This document shows positions 1 to 11,675 of a stretch of 64,000 nt of DNA, piece by piece. Both the position numbers and the translations under genes were made by a program. The DNA is from Spirochaetales bacterium (GTDB lineage Bacteria; Spirochaetota; Spirochaetia; SZUA-6; RPPD01), in the NCBI GenBank assembly GCA_016934415.1, contig JAFGSW010000086.1:2042-66041 (forward strand). The letters run 5' to 3'. How positions within the stretch are numbered: position 1 is the first letter of the stretch; every line of letters begins with the position of its first letter. Below the pieces are notes generated by a model. That model had not been told where the DNA came from. It saw nothing but the letters and a program-made list of their open reading frames with translations, and ran no database searches.

Positions 1-1698
1 GACGCCGATGGACCAGGCGTCCCGGTGGCCGTAGCTTGTCCCGGTCTTCCAGGCGATCCGCCGTGAGGAAGAGAATGAGCGCCAGTTGACGTCCTCGCCC
101 GGCCGCTCCACCTCGAGTATGGCCTCGAGGGTGAGCCAGGCCGCGGCCTGCGAAAAGACGCGGCCCGGGCGCAGATCCGTCCGGTTCGATTCCGGACGGT
201 CGCCCTCGAGGAAATACGGCTCAACCGCTGACGCGTCGCCGGACTCGCTCAAGGCGGCGCGGCCCAGCCCCGCGTACATTCCGGTGAGCTCCCAGAGCGT
301 CCCCTCGGCGCCGCCGAGGATGAGCGTGAGGCCGTACTCGCTCGCCGGGCGGAAGAGCGTCGACATGCCGAGCGACCTGAGCAATCCGTAGAACCGGTCG
401 AGCCCGAAATCCTTAAGCATGCGGACGGCGGGGACGTTCAAGGATTGAGCGAGGGCCGACCGGGCGGGCACCGCGCCCCGGAACGTCTGCGTATCGTTTT
501 CCGGCCGGAACCCGCCGTAGCGGGTGGGGATGTCGGGCACGAGTTCGGTGGGGAGGATCTCCCCCTCGTCGAGGAGGGCGGCGTAAAGGAAGGGCTTGAG
601 GAGACTCCCGGTGCTTCGGGGCGAGGTGAGGATGTCCACGTCCGGAGCGTGTTCCTCGTTGTCCTCTTCCGGAAGGACGTTGCCCACGTAGGCGAGGGTG
701 CGGCCGGTCGCTGTGTCGATGACGCAGGCCGCGGCGTTATGGATGCCGTTTTCGGAGAGCCGTTCGATGTGGCGCTCGAGTATCCGGCACACACCGATCT
801 GCAGGGTCCCGTCGAGCGTGCTGATTGCGCGGTAACGCCGGTTTTGCGGACGGCTCTCGGCGGCGTTGCGGGCGGCGACGCGCGCGAGAAGGTGCGGGGC
901 GTCTCTGGGGAGCGGGCGGGGCGATGCGGGCAGCGGCTCTTCCTTCGCCAGGCGGCAGTCGAGGTCCGCAATGACGCCCTTCCGCCGCAGCTTGTCGAGG
1001 AGCCGGTCGCGCTTCTCCTTGAGCCGCTCGCGATTGCGGCCGGGATGTATGAGGCCGGGGCTGTTCGGCAGGACGGCGAGCAGCGCGCTCTCGGCCCAGG
1101 AGAGACGCTCAGGGTTCCTTCCGTAATAGCGCCAGGCCGCGCTCTGCAGGCCGACGGTGTTGCCACCGAACGGGGCGTGGGAGGCGAAGAGGGCGAGGAT
1201 GTCGTCCTTGCCGTATTCCGTTTCCAGCCGCAGGGCGAGGAAAGCCTCGATGATCTTTTCCGGCACGCTCCTGTCGTTTCCGCGGCGCTGGAGCCGGATC
1301 ACCTGCATGGAGAGGGTGCTGCCGCCGCTCACCACTTCGCCGGCGGCGAGGTTCTGGACGAAGGCCCGGGCGAGCGAAAACGGGTCCACTCCGGGATGGA
1401 CGAAGAAACGGCCGTCCTCATAGGCTGTAAGGGCGGTCTTGAATTTTTCGGGAACGGAGGCGACGGGCGGGAAACGCCACTGTCCGTCCGCGGCAATGGA
1501 GGCGCCGAGGAGCCCGCCGTTCCGGTCGTAGAGGCTCAACGCATACGGGTCCGAGAAAAGCGGCCGGGGCAGGAGGAGACGCCAGATCCCGAGCGAGGCG
1601 AGCGCGGCGAAAAGCGCGAATCCCGCCGCCGGCAGTACTCGACGCAGTGCCCTCGAAGAGCGCCGCAGCGCCGGCGAAGACCGGAGGATCTGATTCAT
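1..1698 (-). CDS. pbpC: Penicillin-binding protein 1C (PbpC), N-terminal transglycosylase part; 3' end runs off the window
   Basis: Not in the ORF track because the stop lies before position 1. Manual reverse translation from the ATG at 1696-1698 gives MNQILRSSPALRR..., a TM anchor, then GT51 transglycosylase motifs (GGSTLSMQVIRL; EKIIEAFLALRLETEYGKDDILALFASHAPFGGNTVGLQSAAWRYYGR). It lies immediately downstream of the A2M gene, as in the yfhM-pbpC pair. The overlapping + strand ORFs 445..1728 and 86..391 are antisense artefacts. Confidence 0.8.
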   Translation of the reverse strand, partial: MNQILRSSPALRRSSRALRRVLPAAGFALFAALASLGIWRLLLPRPLFSDPYALSLYDRNGGLLGASIAADGQWRFPPVASVPEKFKTALTAYEDGRFFVHPGVDPFSLARAFVQNLAAGEVVSGGSTLSMQVIRLQRRGNDRSVPEKIIEAFLALRLETEYGKDDILALFASHAPFGGNTVGLQSAAWRYYGRNPERLSWAESALLAVLPNSPGLIHPGRNRERLKEKRDRLLDKLRRKGVIADLDCRLAKEEPLPASPRPLPRDAPHLLARVAARNAAESRPQNRRYRAISTLDGTLQIGVCRILERHIERLSENGIHNAAACVIDTATGRTLAYVGNVLPEEDNEEHAPDVDILTSPRSTGSLLKPFLYAALLDEGEILPTELVPDIPTRYGGFRPENDTQTFRGAVPARSALAQSLNVPAVRMLKDFGLDRFYGLLRSLGMSTLFRPASEYGLTLILGGAEGTLWELTGMYAGLGRAALSESGDASAVEPYFLEGDRPESNRTDLRPGRVFSQAAAWLTLEAILEVERPGEDVNWRSFSSSRRIAWKTGTSYGHRDAWSIGV

Positions 1699-2023
1699 CC
1701 TCCGTATTGCTTGAAGAACGTGCTTTAAAATCGGCGCAAGCGGCGACGGGCCCGGGCGGGCGGCCCGCTTCCGGGCCGGGCCGCCATCCGGCTTTCCGGT
1801 CCGGAAGAGGTATTCCCGCAATGTCAGGTCGAGCAGCATGCGAACGCCTATCAGGCTTTTAAATAAACCGTGTTTTCCGCTCCGCGGAAAACCAGCGGTA
1901 TTTTAAAAGCTTCCAAAAATGTAAACCAGAAATTGCCGGAATTCACTTTGTGAGATTTTTCAAGGTTTTTAGTCTGTTACTACTCAATTCCTTATCTCAA
2001 AATCGACTCCGGCAATTTCATGA

Positions 2024-2062
2024 GCAGGTTGTTGAACAAGCTCAACTTTTTCAGCAACCTGC
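2024..2062. repeat. Palindromic hairpin H1 (17 bp arms, loop CTCAA) immediately after the A2M TAG stop
   Basis: gcaggttgttgaacaag-ctcaa-ctttttcagcaacctgc. About 34/39 identical (87%) to the copy at 51836-51873. Confidence 0.7.
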
Positions 2063-5000
2063 TATTTGACCACCGTGACCCACTGACCGGGCAGGCGCGA
2101 TTGGATCGTGGCGTCGTACATCGCCTCCACGCTCTGTATGGGGAGGTAGAATTTTCCCAGGTAACTCGCGTTGAGCAGAACCTGGAAGGTCTTCGTCTCG
2201 TCCCGCGCCAGGTCGAAGAAAATATTGACCCGGTCGTCGCGCACATCGAGGTAATCGTAGGGCGAGTTGACCGCTCCGCCCGGTCCCTCCATGCGCAGGT
2301 TATGGATCTCCCAGCCGGAAGGGAAGAGAGCGGACAGGGCGAGCGTCTGCAGGGCCCGGCCGCTTGAGTTTCTCACCGTGATCACCGCCATGAGGTCGGT
2401 GCCCTGCTCAAGCGATTCGATCGACACCGCTTCTCCCTTGAGCCCCCGGTAGGAGACGTCGAGACTTAATCCGTTCGCCGACGGCTTCTCCCGCCCCGGC
2501 TCCGGCAACCCTTTGGCGAAGACGCGGACGAAGAGCGTCTGCCCGCCCGAGTTCGCCACCGTCACCCTCAGGTTGGCGCCGTTTCCGACCGGCAGAGGGA
2601 TCTGCATGACGGGCGCGCCGCTCTGTTTGGACGTCGGGGCGGCCGAGCCCGCGGCGTAGCTGAACTTCATGAGCCCGTCGCCCTGCCGCACGCCGGCGAA
2701 GCGCGCCATGGCCACCAGGCAGTAGGCCGTGGCCTGCGTGGAGAGCCAATCGTCCCGGCACAGGGCGTCGGATATCTCCTGAACGAGCTTGTCGGCCTGC
2801 GAGTAATTGTTCATGAGGGACATCGTTTCGAGGACGATCGCCTTGTCCCTGAGGTCCGAGCCGTAGGTGCCCGTGAGCTCGTGATAGACGCGGAAAACGA
2901 TGCGCTGGACGGCCGTGAGTTGGGAGGCGGCTTCTTTCTGGCCCGCGAGGGTGTAGGCGGCCGCCAGGTACCAGCGCGCGGTAACGGAGAGGTTTATCGA
3001 CTCGCGCAGCCGGTTCATGGATCCGATCTCGGGCGTGCCGTTCAAGGCCAGCCCGTAGAGGCGGTAGGCCTGGGTGAGCTGGCCGCTCTCGTCGCCGGGG
3101 CTCCAATTGAGGGCCCGGTTCTTCTGGTATTTCCGCCATTGGGAAAGCATCGCCTCGGGCACGTGGTAGGCGAGGCGCTTGGCCTCGAGCAGGAAGTGCC
3201 CGGCGTAGTTGCTCCCCCACTCATCGCTTTTACCGGCGCCGGGCCAGTAGCAGAATCCGCCGTCCGAATTCTGGAAAAACATGAGGCGGCTGATGCCGGC
3301 CTCGACGTTTCGCTGGACTGATTCCGCCTGCTGCGGGGAAAGCTCGAGGAGCTTGGGCAGGTAAAGCTGGGGGAAGACCGACGAGGTCGTCTGCTCGATG
3401 CAGCCGTAGGGGTAATGGATGAGGAAGTCGAGGCGCTTTCCCAGGTTGAGCGGCGGGATGCGCGAGACCTCGAGGGTCGCCTCGTTGGTGCCGGGGAGGC
3501 CCGGCAGCGCGACGTCCTTGACCGCCGTCTGGCCCGCGCCGACGGCCTGCGAGTGGACGTCCACCACGGGCAGGGCGGGCACCCGCACGTCGAATTCGAT
3601 CTTCTGGGAGATGCTCTCTCCCGCGCCGGACGCGTCGATGGCCACACTGGCGACGCCGGTCCGGTTCGCGGCCTTGAGCCGGAAGTTGAGCATCCCGTCT
3701 CCCGGTTCCTTGAAGGCGATGGTCTGGACGGCGGCCCCGTCGATCGAAACCGGTCCCTGGACGCTCACCTTTACGTTGACGTTTTTCAGCTTCGCCTCGG
3801 TGGCGAAAACGGCCACCGGCAGCGCGAACTCCTCGCCGACGGCGACGCTGCGCGGCAGGGTGCCCTGCACCATGAGGGGTTTCTTCACCGTGACCGTTTT
3901 TTCCGCGGCGCCGAAAGCCCGGCCATTGCCGGCCACGACCATCACCCGCACCGCGCCCACGTACAGCGGGATGTCGACGGTGTGGGTGCGTTTGACGCCG
4001 GCGGCCAGCGTGAACGGGCCGTAGAAGCGCACCAGGGGCGGGAAGCGTTCGGCCTTGCGGCCCTTGTCCGGCAGGAGGTCACCTTCGCCTCCGCCGATGG
4101 CGAGCAGCTGTTCGAGCTTGCCGCCGTAGGCAGCGGCGACGTAATCGTAGAGGTCCCAGGTGCCCACAGCGATCGCCTGTCGCTTGAAGAACAGGTCCCA
4201 CGGATCGGGCGTGGCGTAGCGGGTGAGTCCGAGCAGGCCCTCGTCAACCACGGCCAAGGTGTACGTCATGGCTGCGCCCTGCCGCTCGCTCACCGTGACC
4301 GCCGCCTTCGATTCCGGCTTAAAGACGTCGGTGCAGGCGATGGCGGGCTTCAAGTGCGTCGCCGGATTTTCCACCATCACCGGCAGGAATCCGTAGAGGC
4401 GGATGGGCATGTCGTTGCCCGTGCGCATGTGCGGCTGGAGGTAGGTGACGTGTGCGTAGATATTGGGCGCCATCTCGGCCGCGGCCGTGAACGAATAACG
4501 GTAGGTTTGATCGCTGGCCGCCGGCGTGAAATATTCGGTGGAGAGGATCTTTCCGCCGGCTTCGATGCACACCACGCCCCGGCCCTGCGGGGCGACCGGG
4601 ATGTTGAGGGTGATCTTGTCGCCGACGGCGTACTTTTCCTTGTCGGCGGAGAAGGTGAGCATGTTCGCGCCCGGCGAACCTTCAGCCTGGGCCCGGCCGG
4701 CCCAGCCCGGCCAGTCGATGTAAACGATTTTACCGGTGTTGTGGTTGCCCTCGAGGTCGCTCACATGGACGAAGAACCGGCCCCACTGGGGGTATTTGAC
4801 CTCGAACCGCCACGAGCCGCGGCCGTTTTTAAGCTCCACTACGTCGCTGTCCATCGGCTGGTAATCGGAGGTGCCGACGTAATTCGCCAGGTCTTCCTCT
4901 TCTTTCTCCCACCACCAGCGCCAGCGGATCTTGTACAGCTCGACCTTGACCCGCGCATTTTTAACCGGTTTCCCGTCCTGGTCGACGGCCATCAGGTCCA

Positions 5001-7620
5001 CCGCGTGCTTTTTATCCGTGAGGAGCATGCCGCGGGTGACGTCGCCTTTGGGCAGGCGCACGCCGATGTAGCGGTTGTACGGATGGAAGGGGAGGCTATA
5101 GCGGTCGACGCTGAACGCGCCGCTCATTTCATAGACACGGGTGTTGAAATTGGCGGTGAGCATGCCCGGCGAGTTCCGGCTGCCCTCCAGGGAGGTTTGG
5201 ATGACGGCTTTGCCGTTTTCGTCCAGAGAGCCGTCGTAGATGTCCTCGACCGAGGGCGTGAAGGCGCGGCTCGGGTCGTCGAAGGTGAAGTCCGGGAAAC
5301 CTTTGAAGGCGGTGACGCGCGGAGCGAAACTCGCCTTGACCTCGGCCTTGAGGCCGCCGGCCGGCGCCCCGTGGAGCCAGGCCGCCGCCAGCTTCGCGGA
5401 CAGCACCCCGCTCGAGAGGTATTTCACGTTCGCCCCGAAATCGAGCGAGATCTTGAGGCGGTTGGGCATGATCGTCTCTATCTTCAGCGCCTTTTCAAAC
5501 GTCTCGCCCCCCACCATGATCCGGGCGAGCCAGTCGCCGGTGGGCGATTCGGGATCGGTCTGGAGCTTGAAGTGGTAGAAGCCGTTTTCGGATATCGTCT
5601 GGGTGACGGTTTTCGCCGTCTGGCCGCGCGGATTGATGAGCTTGAGTATGACGGGGTGGTTCGCCGGAAGCGTTTTCAGCGTGTCGAGGAGGATGAAGGT
5701 GAGGTAGATGGGATCTCCGGGCCGCCACACGCCTCGTTCGCCGTAGATGAAGCCCTTGAGACCCTTTCGGGAGGCTTCGCCCGCCACGTCGAACTGGCTC
5801 ACGGAGAGCGATGTGGCCGGGTCCAGGCGCAGGTAGCCTTTCTGGTCGTCCTTGGACGCGACGAGCAGGTAAGGAACGCCGTTGCAGGCGAGGGTCGAAA
5901 GGCCGTTCGCGTCGGTGCCGCCCTTGACCATGCTCTGCTTCTGATAGTTGAGGACGTCGAGCGAGACGCCGGAAAGCGGGGCGGCGGTTTTTATGTCCGT
6001 GGCGATGACGAGGAGTGTGTTGTCCGGGCCCTTCTTGGCGATGAGTCCGATGTCGGAAATGAGGACGTTGCGGGAGATCGAGACATTGTGATCGTTGTAT
6101 GGGAAATAATACGCGGGGTGGCAGGGATTTTTCCGTTGATTGTAGTAATCCCAATAGTTGTAATCGCCCGATTCATAATAGTCCCAGTAGCTTGAATCCT
6201 GCATGCCCTGTCCGAAGTCGTAGCCGCCGGTTCCCTCCTTCGACTCGGGGAACTCGGCGCCGGGCTGGCCGGCGCACGGGTAGTCGACCTGGTCGTGCGT
6301 GAAGGAGATCGTCAGCCGGTACAGGCCTTTCGGGTATTTGCGCGTGAGCTCGGTCAGGTCGAGCCCGGAGCGCACCCAGCGGTTGCGCTTGGCGGAGTCC
6401 CAGTTGAGGGACACGATCTGTTTCCAGACGGGCCGTCCGACGCGCGCCATTTCCCTCGTTTCGTAGTAGCGGTTGACCTGGAAAAACTGCTCCATGTTGT
6501 CCTCGTAGACGTAGACGGCTTCCACGGTCACGGCCTTGACGTTGCAGGACTCGATGGGCAGGGTGAGGCCGTTGGTGGTGGGCAGGATCGTCCCCTTGCC
6601 GAGGAACTTGACCTGCGGCTCGAGCATCTGGAACACCACTTTTTCGCTCGCGCCCTTGCGGAGCGGGTCGCCGAAGGTATTGGCGATGCCGGGCCGCACG
6701 GTGACGTTCACCTCGGCCGGCCAGTTGGAGAGATTGTAGATGCGGACGACGTTCGAGTCGATCTGGAAGCGCAGGTTCGGCTGGCCCGCGATCGAAATGA
6801 GGCCGCGCAGATCCTGGCCCGGTTTGACGGGGTCTGAGAACGTCACCTCGACGTATTGTTCATGGTCCTTGACCGGGGAGACGCCGAGCACCTCGAAATT
6901 CTTGATGGACGGCACGTCGACCGTGGTCGTGCCGTTTTTTTCGGCGCCGATGCTCCGGCCGTCGAAACTCACCGTCACCGCGGAAGCGGCGTCGCGGCGC
7001 GTCACCCCGGTAATGACGAATTCGTGCCGATTGTTGTTCGCGGCGTGAGTCCACTCGATGGCGAGGGATTTCCCCTCCTGGGCCGCGGCGATGATTTTTT
7101 CCACGTCCTCGCCCGCGGCGGCGTCGGCGGTCTGGATCGCGCCCGGCAGCACGAGGTTTTTGGTCTGGCGCCGGTCCGTGATGCGGAGGTTGTCGAGCGT
7201 GAGCTCGAAATTCTGTTCGATGACATTGACGATGAACCTGAACTCGCCGGCCGCCTCGTTCTTAAGCACTTTCCCGAGGAAGAGCCGGCAGAGATATTTC
7301 TGGCCGCTCTTCAGTTTCTGGTTGGGGCGGAATTCGAGGGTGTGCGTGTCCGACCAGGCGGTGACGCCGTCTATCCCGGGGTCAAAGGCGAAGTAGGAAT
7401 CTTTGACCGGGACATTGATCCGGTCGGCCGTCGCGATTTCGTTCACGAATCTGAAGACGATCGACGAGGAGGCCGAAACGACTCCCGTTGTGAACCCCGA
7501 TAGAATCGACGAGTCCGGCGTGGAAGGCTTGAACTCTTTCGGCGCGCACGAGGCGACTACAAGGATCGCGGCGGCGAACAACCCCGCCCGAATGAGAGCG
7601 TTACGCATCGTCTTTTTCAT
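2062..7620 (-). CDS. Bacterial alpha-2-macroglobulin family lipoprotein (thioester-containing)
   Basis: 1893-aa ORF. Real start is likely MKKTMRNALIRAGLFAAAILVVASC (lipoprotein signal) at 7620, with an AAGGAG RBS. Thioester motif GCIEQ within HYPYGCIEQTTS. Followed by pbpC. Confidence 0.9.
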   Translation of the reverse strand: MKKTMRNALIRAGLFAAAILVVASCAPKEFKPSTPDSSILSGFTTGVVSASSSIVFRFVNEIATADRINVPVKDSYFAFDPGIDGVTAWSDTHTLEFRPNQKLKSGQKYLCRLFLGKVLKNEAAGEFRFIVNVIEQNFELTLDNLRITDRRQTKNLVLPGAIQTADAAAGEDVEKIIAAAQEGKSLAIEWTHAANNNRHEFVITGVTRRDAASAVTVSFDGRSIGAEKNGTTTVDVPSIKNFEVLGVSPVKDHEQYVEVTFSDPVKPGQDLRGLISIAGQPNLRFQIDSNVVRIYNLSNWPAEVNVTVRPGIANTFGDPLRKGASEKVVFQMLEPQVKFLGKGTILPTTNGLTLPIESCNVKAVTVEAVYVYEDNMEQFFQVNRYYETREMARVGRPVWKQIVSLNWDSAKRNRWVRSGLDLTELTRKYPKGLYRLTISFTHDQVDYPCAGQPGAEFPESKEGTGGYDFGQGMQDSSYWDYYESGDYNYWDYYNQRKNPCHPAYYFPYNDHNVSISRNVLISDIGLIAKKGPDNTLLVIATDIKTAAPLSGVSLDVLNYQKQSMVKGGTDANGLSTLACNGVPYLLVASKDDQKGYLRLDPATSLSVSQFDVAGEASRKGLKGFIYGERGVWRPGDPIYLTFILLDTLKTLPANHPVILKLINPRGQTAKTVTQTISENGFYHFKLQTDPESPTGDWLARIMVGGETFEKALKIETIMPNRLKISLDFGANVKYLSSGVLSAKLAAAWLHGAPAGGLKAEVKASFAPRVTAFKGFPDFTFDDPSRAFTPSVEDIYDGSLDENGKAVIQTSLEGSRNSPGMLTANFNTRVYEMSGAFSVDRYSLPFHPYNRYIGVRLPKGDVTRGMLLTDKKHAVDLMAVDQDGKPVKNARVKVELYKIRWRWWWEKEEEDLANYVGTSDYQPMDSDVVELKNGRGSWRFEVKYPQWGRFFVHVSDLEGNHNTGKIVYIDWPGWAGRAQAEGSPGANMLTFSADKEKYAVGDKITLNIPVAPQGRGVVCIEAGGKILSTEYFTPAASDQTYRYSFTAAAEMAPNIYAHVTYLQPHMRTGNDMPIRLYGFLPVMVENPATHLKPAIACTDVFKPESKAAVTVSERQGAAMTYTLAVVDEGLLGLTRYATPDPWDLFFKRQAIAVGTWDLYDYVAAAYGGKLEQLLAIGGGEGDLLPDKGRKAERFPPLVRFYGPFTLAAGVKRTHTVDIPLYVGAVRVMVVAGNGRAFGAAEKTVTVKKPLMVQGTLPRSVAVGEEFALPVAVFATEAKLKNVNVKVSVQGPVSIDGAAVQTIAFKEPGDGMLNFRLKAANRTGVASVAIDASGAGESISQKIEFDVRVPALPVVDVHSQAVGAGQTAVKDVALPGLPGTNEATLEVSRIPPLNLGKRLDFLIHYPYGCIEQTTSSVFPQLYLPKLLELSPQQAESVQRNVEAGISRLMFFQNSDGGFCYWPGAGKSDEWGSNYAGHFLLEAKRLAYHVPEAMLSQWRKYQKNRALNWSPGDESGQLTQAYRLYGLALNGTPEIGSMNRLRESINLSVTARWYLAAAYTLAGQKEAASQLTAVQRIVFRVYHELTGTYGSDLRDKAIVLETMSLMNNYSQADKLVQEISDALCRDDWLSTQATAYCLVAMARFAGVRQGDGLMKFSYAAGSAAPTSKQSGAPVMQIPLPVGNGANLRVTVANSGGQTLFVRVFAKGLPEPGREKPSANGLSLDVSYRGLKGEAVSIESLEQGTDLMAVITVRNSSGRALQTLALSALFPSGWEIHNLRMEGPGGAVNSPYDYLDVRDDRVNIFFDLARDETKTFQVLLNASYLGKFYLPIQSVEAMYDATIQSRLPGQWVTVVK

Positions 7621-8039
7621 TTCAAACTCCTTTACGACCTCAGGTTGCGCCGACGGACTTAGAGCCGAACCGTCGTTGGCCCCGTCGGCGGAGAAAAGCT
7701 CACCGTCACCCTCGTCGGGGGAGGGAGGCGGGAAGTGCGGCATCTGGAAAATAGTTTACACCGGGGCGCGGGGTCTTTCGTGCCGTCGCCGCCGGATTGC
7801 AGCCGTGTGATGCGTCACCGGGAAAGGAATCGGGTTTGAGACGGCGGGGAGAAGGCGCCTTTTTGTGCTCGGCGCGGCAACGCCCTTTTTTTTCGGAGTC
7901 GGAAGGGAAAGACAAGGCCGACCTCTCGAACATCGACTATTCAGTGGAAAGCGAGGAGAGGTTATCTCCGCGTCTCCTCCGTCACTTCGATTCCACTATA
8001 GTACAACGATCGCGGCGGTGGCAAGGGGAAACCGGTCTT

Positions 8040-9773
8040 TTATCGCTCTTGGATTTTAAACACGGCGTGAACCGGGATCGATTTGGTGAGCGCGGCCGAA
8101 AAGGACGGCATGCGGTCGGGCTCCTCGCTCTTGACGCCGATGTAAAACGAGCGGCTTTCTCCGACGGCGAACATTTCCGGCACGGCTTCCGCCCGATAGG
8201 TTCCGAAGGGATTGATGCACACCGCTGCCGGCCGATGCGCGCCTTTTTTCCCACCCGGGACGACCCGGGCTTCAAGGAGGCCCACCGGTTCGGATTTATG
8301 CGCGACGTATCCGAACACAAGGCGCATTCCCGGGCGGGCGACCGAGAACACCGTACCCGCCAGCGTCGTCGAGACGTCCGCGCCGGTGAAAACGGTCTTT
8401 GCCGAGCTGCCGTCGGCGTAGAGACGGGTGATTTCGAGCGGTGCTTCCGGGGAGCACGCGCCGACCGGGATTTCAAGCGGCGCGACTGCGGCAATGCGTT
8501 CGAGCTGGGAAGAGGGACGGCCCAGGCACAAGCCGGAAATGAGGAGCCACGGGATCTCCCCCGAAAAGGCGTAACGAAGAGTGAAGGAATGCTCGTGTCC
8601 GGAACCGGGAAATAAAACGAAGGCCTCAAGACCCCGCAGATCGTTTTTCTCGAATGAGAAGACCCGGTCGAACGGAAGGGGCGCCTCCCTGCCTCCGAGC
8701 GCCGCCCAGGCGCGCGGCGCGCCCGAGGGCAGAAGGCTTGCCCCGCCCGTCCGTAGATCGGAAAGGCGGCCGCCCGAGAAAAAAGCGTCGAAACCGTTTC
8801 CGGGGAGGAGTATCTCTCCCGGCATGTTGGCGGTGTAGGCGGTGCCTTCGCGCGCGGCCGGCTTCGCCTTCAATTCCGACCGCGCCTTTTCGGCCTCGTG
8901 CGGTTCCCCGGCGGTGAGGAGGAGAAGGTCGCGCATCTCGCTGTCTTTCAGCTGCGTTTTGGCGCGCAGACGGGCGGCCTGGTCGCGAAGGCTGCGCAGG
9001 AGAGGGGTGTCGGCGATCGCGGCCGGAACGGACGGCGAGCGGGGCGCCCTTTCGCCCGCGGGCGGCGGCGTTTCGGCGGGGCTCTCGAACGCGGCGATGA
9101 CGAGGTCGCGCCGTTGACGCAGCGCCTCGATCAGGGAAATGAGCGCGGCCAGGGTTTCGGGACCGTCGGGGGCGACGAGGAGGAAGAGGCGATCGAGGTC
9201 GCGCGGGAAAAACGACCGGGCAAGGCGAGTCGGATCGGCGGTAACGCGCGGGTCCAAACACAAATAATGGAAGACCGTGATTCCGTCTCCGGACGCTTCA
9301 CCCCGGAAGCGGTAGACGGGTGAACCTTGAGGAAGCGGCGCTCCGAGAAAGCGGAAGCCCTGACGGCGGTACAATTCCACAACCTTTTCACGGTTGAAAT
9401 CGGCCCATGCCGGGATGAGGACATCGGGCTGCTTCCGGAACACGTCGTAGACGCCGCTTTTCCAGGGGTTGCGGATCGACCACTCCAATTCGCGGGAGAC
9501 CTCGTTCACGCCGAGGAGCGGGTGGGGAGCGCCGCCGTACCCCGCCGGGATGACGGTGTCGCCGATCCGGGCCAGGCGCGCCTTGATCTCCGCGACGAGC
9601 CGGTCGCGGCCGGCGCTCCGTTTTTCGAGGGCCGCACCCGACGCCAGCACCCAGTTGAGGGGACTCCGGTCGAAGGTTTCGAGAAACGACTCACAGACCG
9701 CGATCGGCTCCCGAACGCCGTCATTCCGGACGGCCAGCCCGATATGGAGATGCAATTCCCGCTTTTTCGCCAT
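8040..9773 (-). CDS. Hypothetical protein (577 aa), no confidently recognisable domain
   Basis: Long ORF with realistic composition. Its start is divergent from groEL. No motifs I can name with confidence; a GH57/polysaccharide-deacetylase-like fold was considered and dropped. Confidence 0.5.
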   Translation of the reverse strand: MAKKRELHLHIGLAVRNDGVREPIAVCESFLETFDRSPLNWVLASGAALEKRSAGRDRLVAEIKARLARIGDTVIPAGYGGAPHPLLGVNEVSRELEWSIRNPWKSGVYDVFRKQPDVLIPAWADFNREKVVELYRRQGFRFLGAPLPQGSPVYRFRGEASGDGITVFHYLCLDPRVTADPTRLARSFFPRDLDRLFLLVAPDGPETLAALISLIEALRQRRDLVIAAFESPAETPPPAGERAPRSPSVPAAIADTPLLRSLRDQAARLRAKTQLKDSEMRDLLLLTAGEPHEAEKARSELKAKPAAREGTAYTANMPGEILLPGNGFDAFFSGGRLSDLRTGGASLLPSGAPRAWAALGGREAPLPFDRVFSFEKNDLRGLEAFVLFPGSGHEHSFTLRYAFSGEIPWLLISGLCLGRPSSQLERIAAVAPLEIPVGACSPEAPLEITRLYADGSSAKTVFTGADVSTTLAGTVFSVARPGMRLVFGYVAHKSEPVGLLEARVVPGGKKGAHRPAAVCINPFGTYRAEAVPEMFAVGESRSFYIGVKSEEPDRMPSFSAALTKSIPVHAVFKIQER

Positions 9774-9923
9774 TCTCCTTTTTTGTCTGGGAAAAGGGCG
9801 AAAGTCAAGTGGGAAGTGGGGTGGGGCCTTGATTTTTTTTAAAAAAAATATTGATGAAAATTAAAAGAATCTGTATCTTAGTGTCAAACTATCACGTTGG
9901 TTTTTTGACTCTTTTGCCAATAA

Positions 9924-11606
<1,683 letters not shown>

Positions 11607-11627
11607 TCCGATAGCAAGTTAAGTTGA

Positions 11628-11661
11628 GGGCCGTCTCCCGCGAGGGGGACGGCCTTTTTTT
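11628..11661 (+). terminator. Rho-independent terminator of groEL
   Basis: gggccgtctccc-gcga-gggggacggcc followed by a T7 run. Confidence 0.6.
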
Positions 11662-11675
11662 CTCTTCTTGAAAAG

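Noticed and set aside
445-1728. 427-aa + strand ORF, and the 438..1166 minus ORF
   Set aside because: Gly/Glu/Arg-rich composition typical of the wrong frame or strand of a high-GC gene. The true gene is pbpC on the minus strand in another frame. It is absent from the ORF track because its stop lies beyond the window edge.
1786-1798. Palindrome ttccgg-t-ccggaa in the pbpC-A2M spacer
   Set aside because: A short 6-bp stem with no companion copies. Likely chance.
3415-6195. 926-aa + strand ORF and many other 60-350 aa ORFs overlapping the A2M gene
   Set aside because: Antisense and out-of-frame artefacts inside a well-supported 1893-aa gene.
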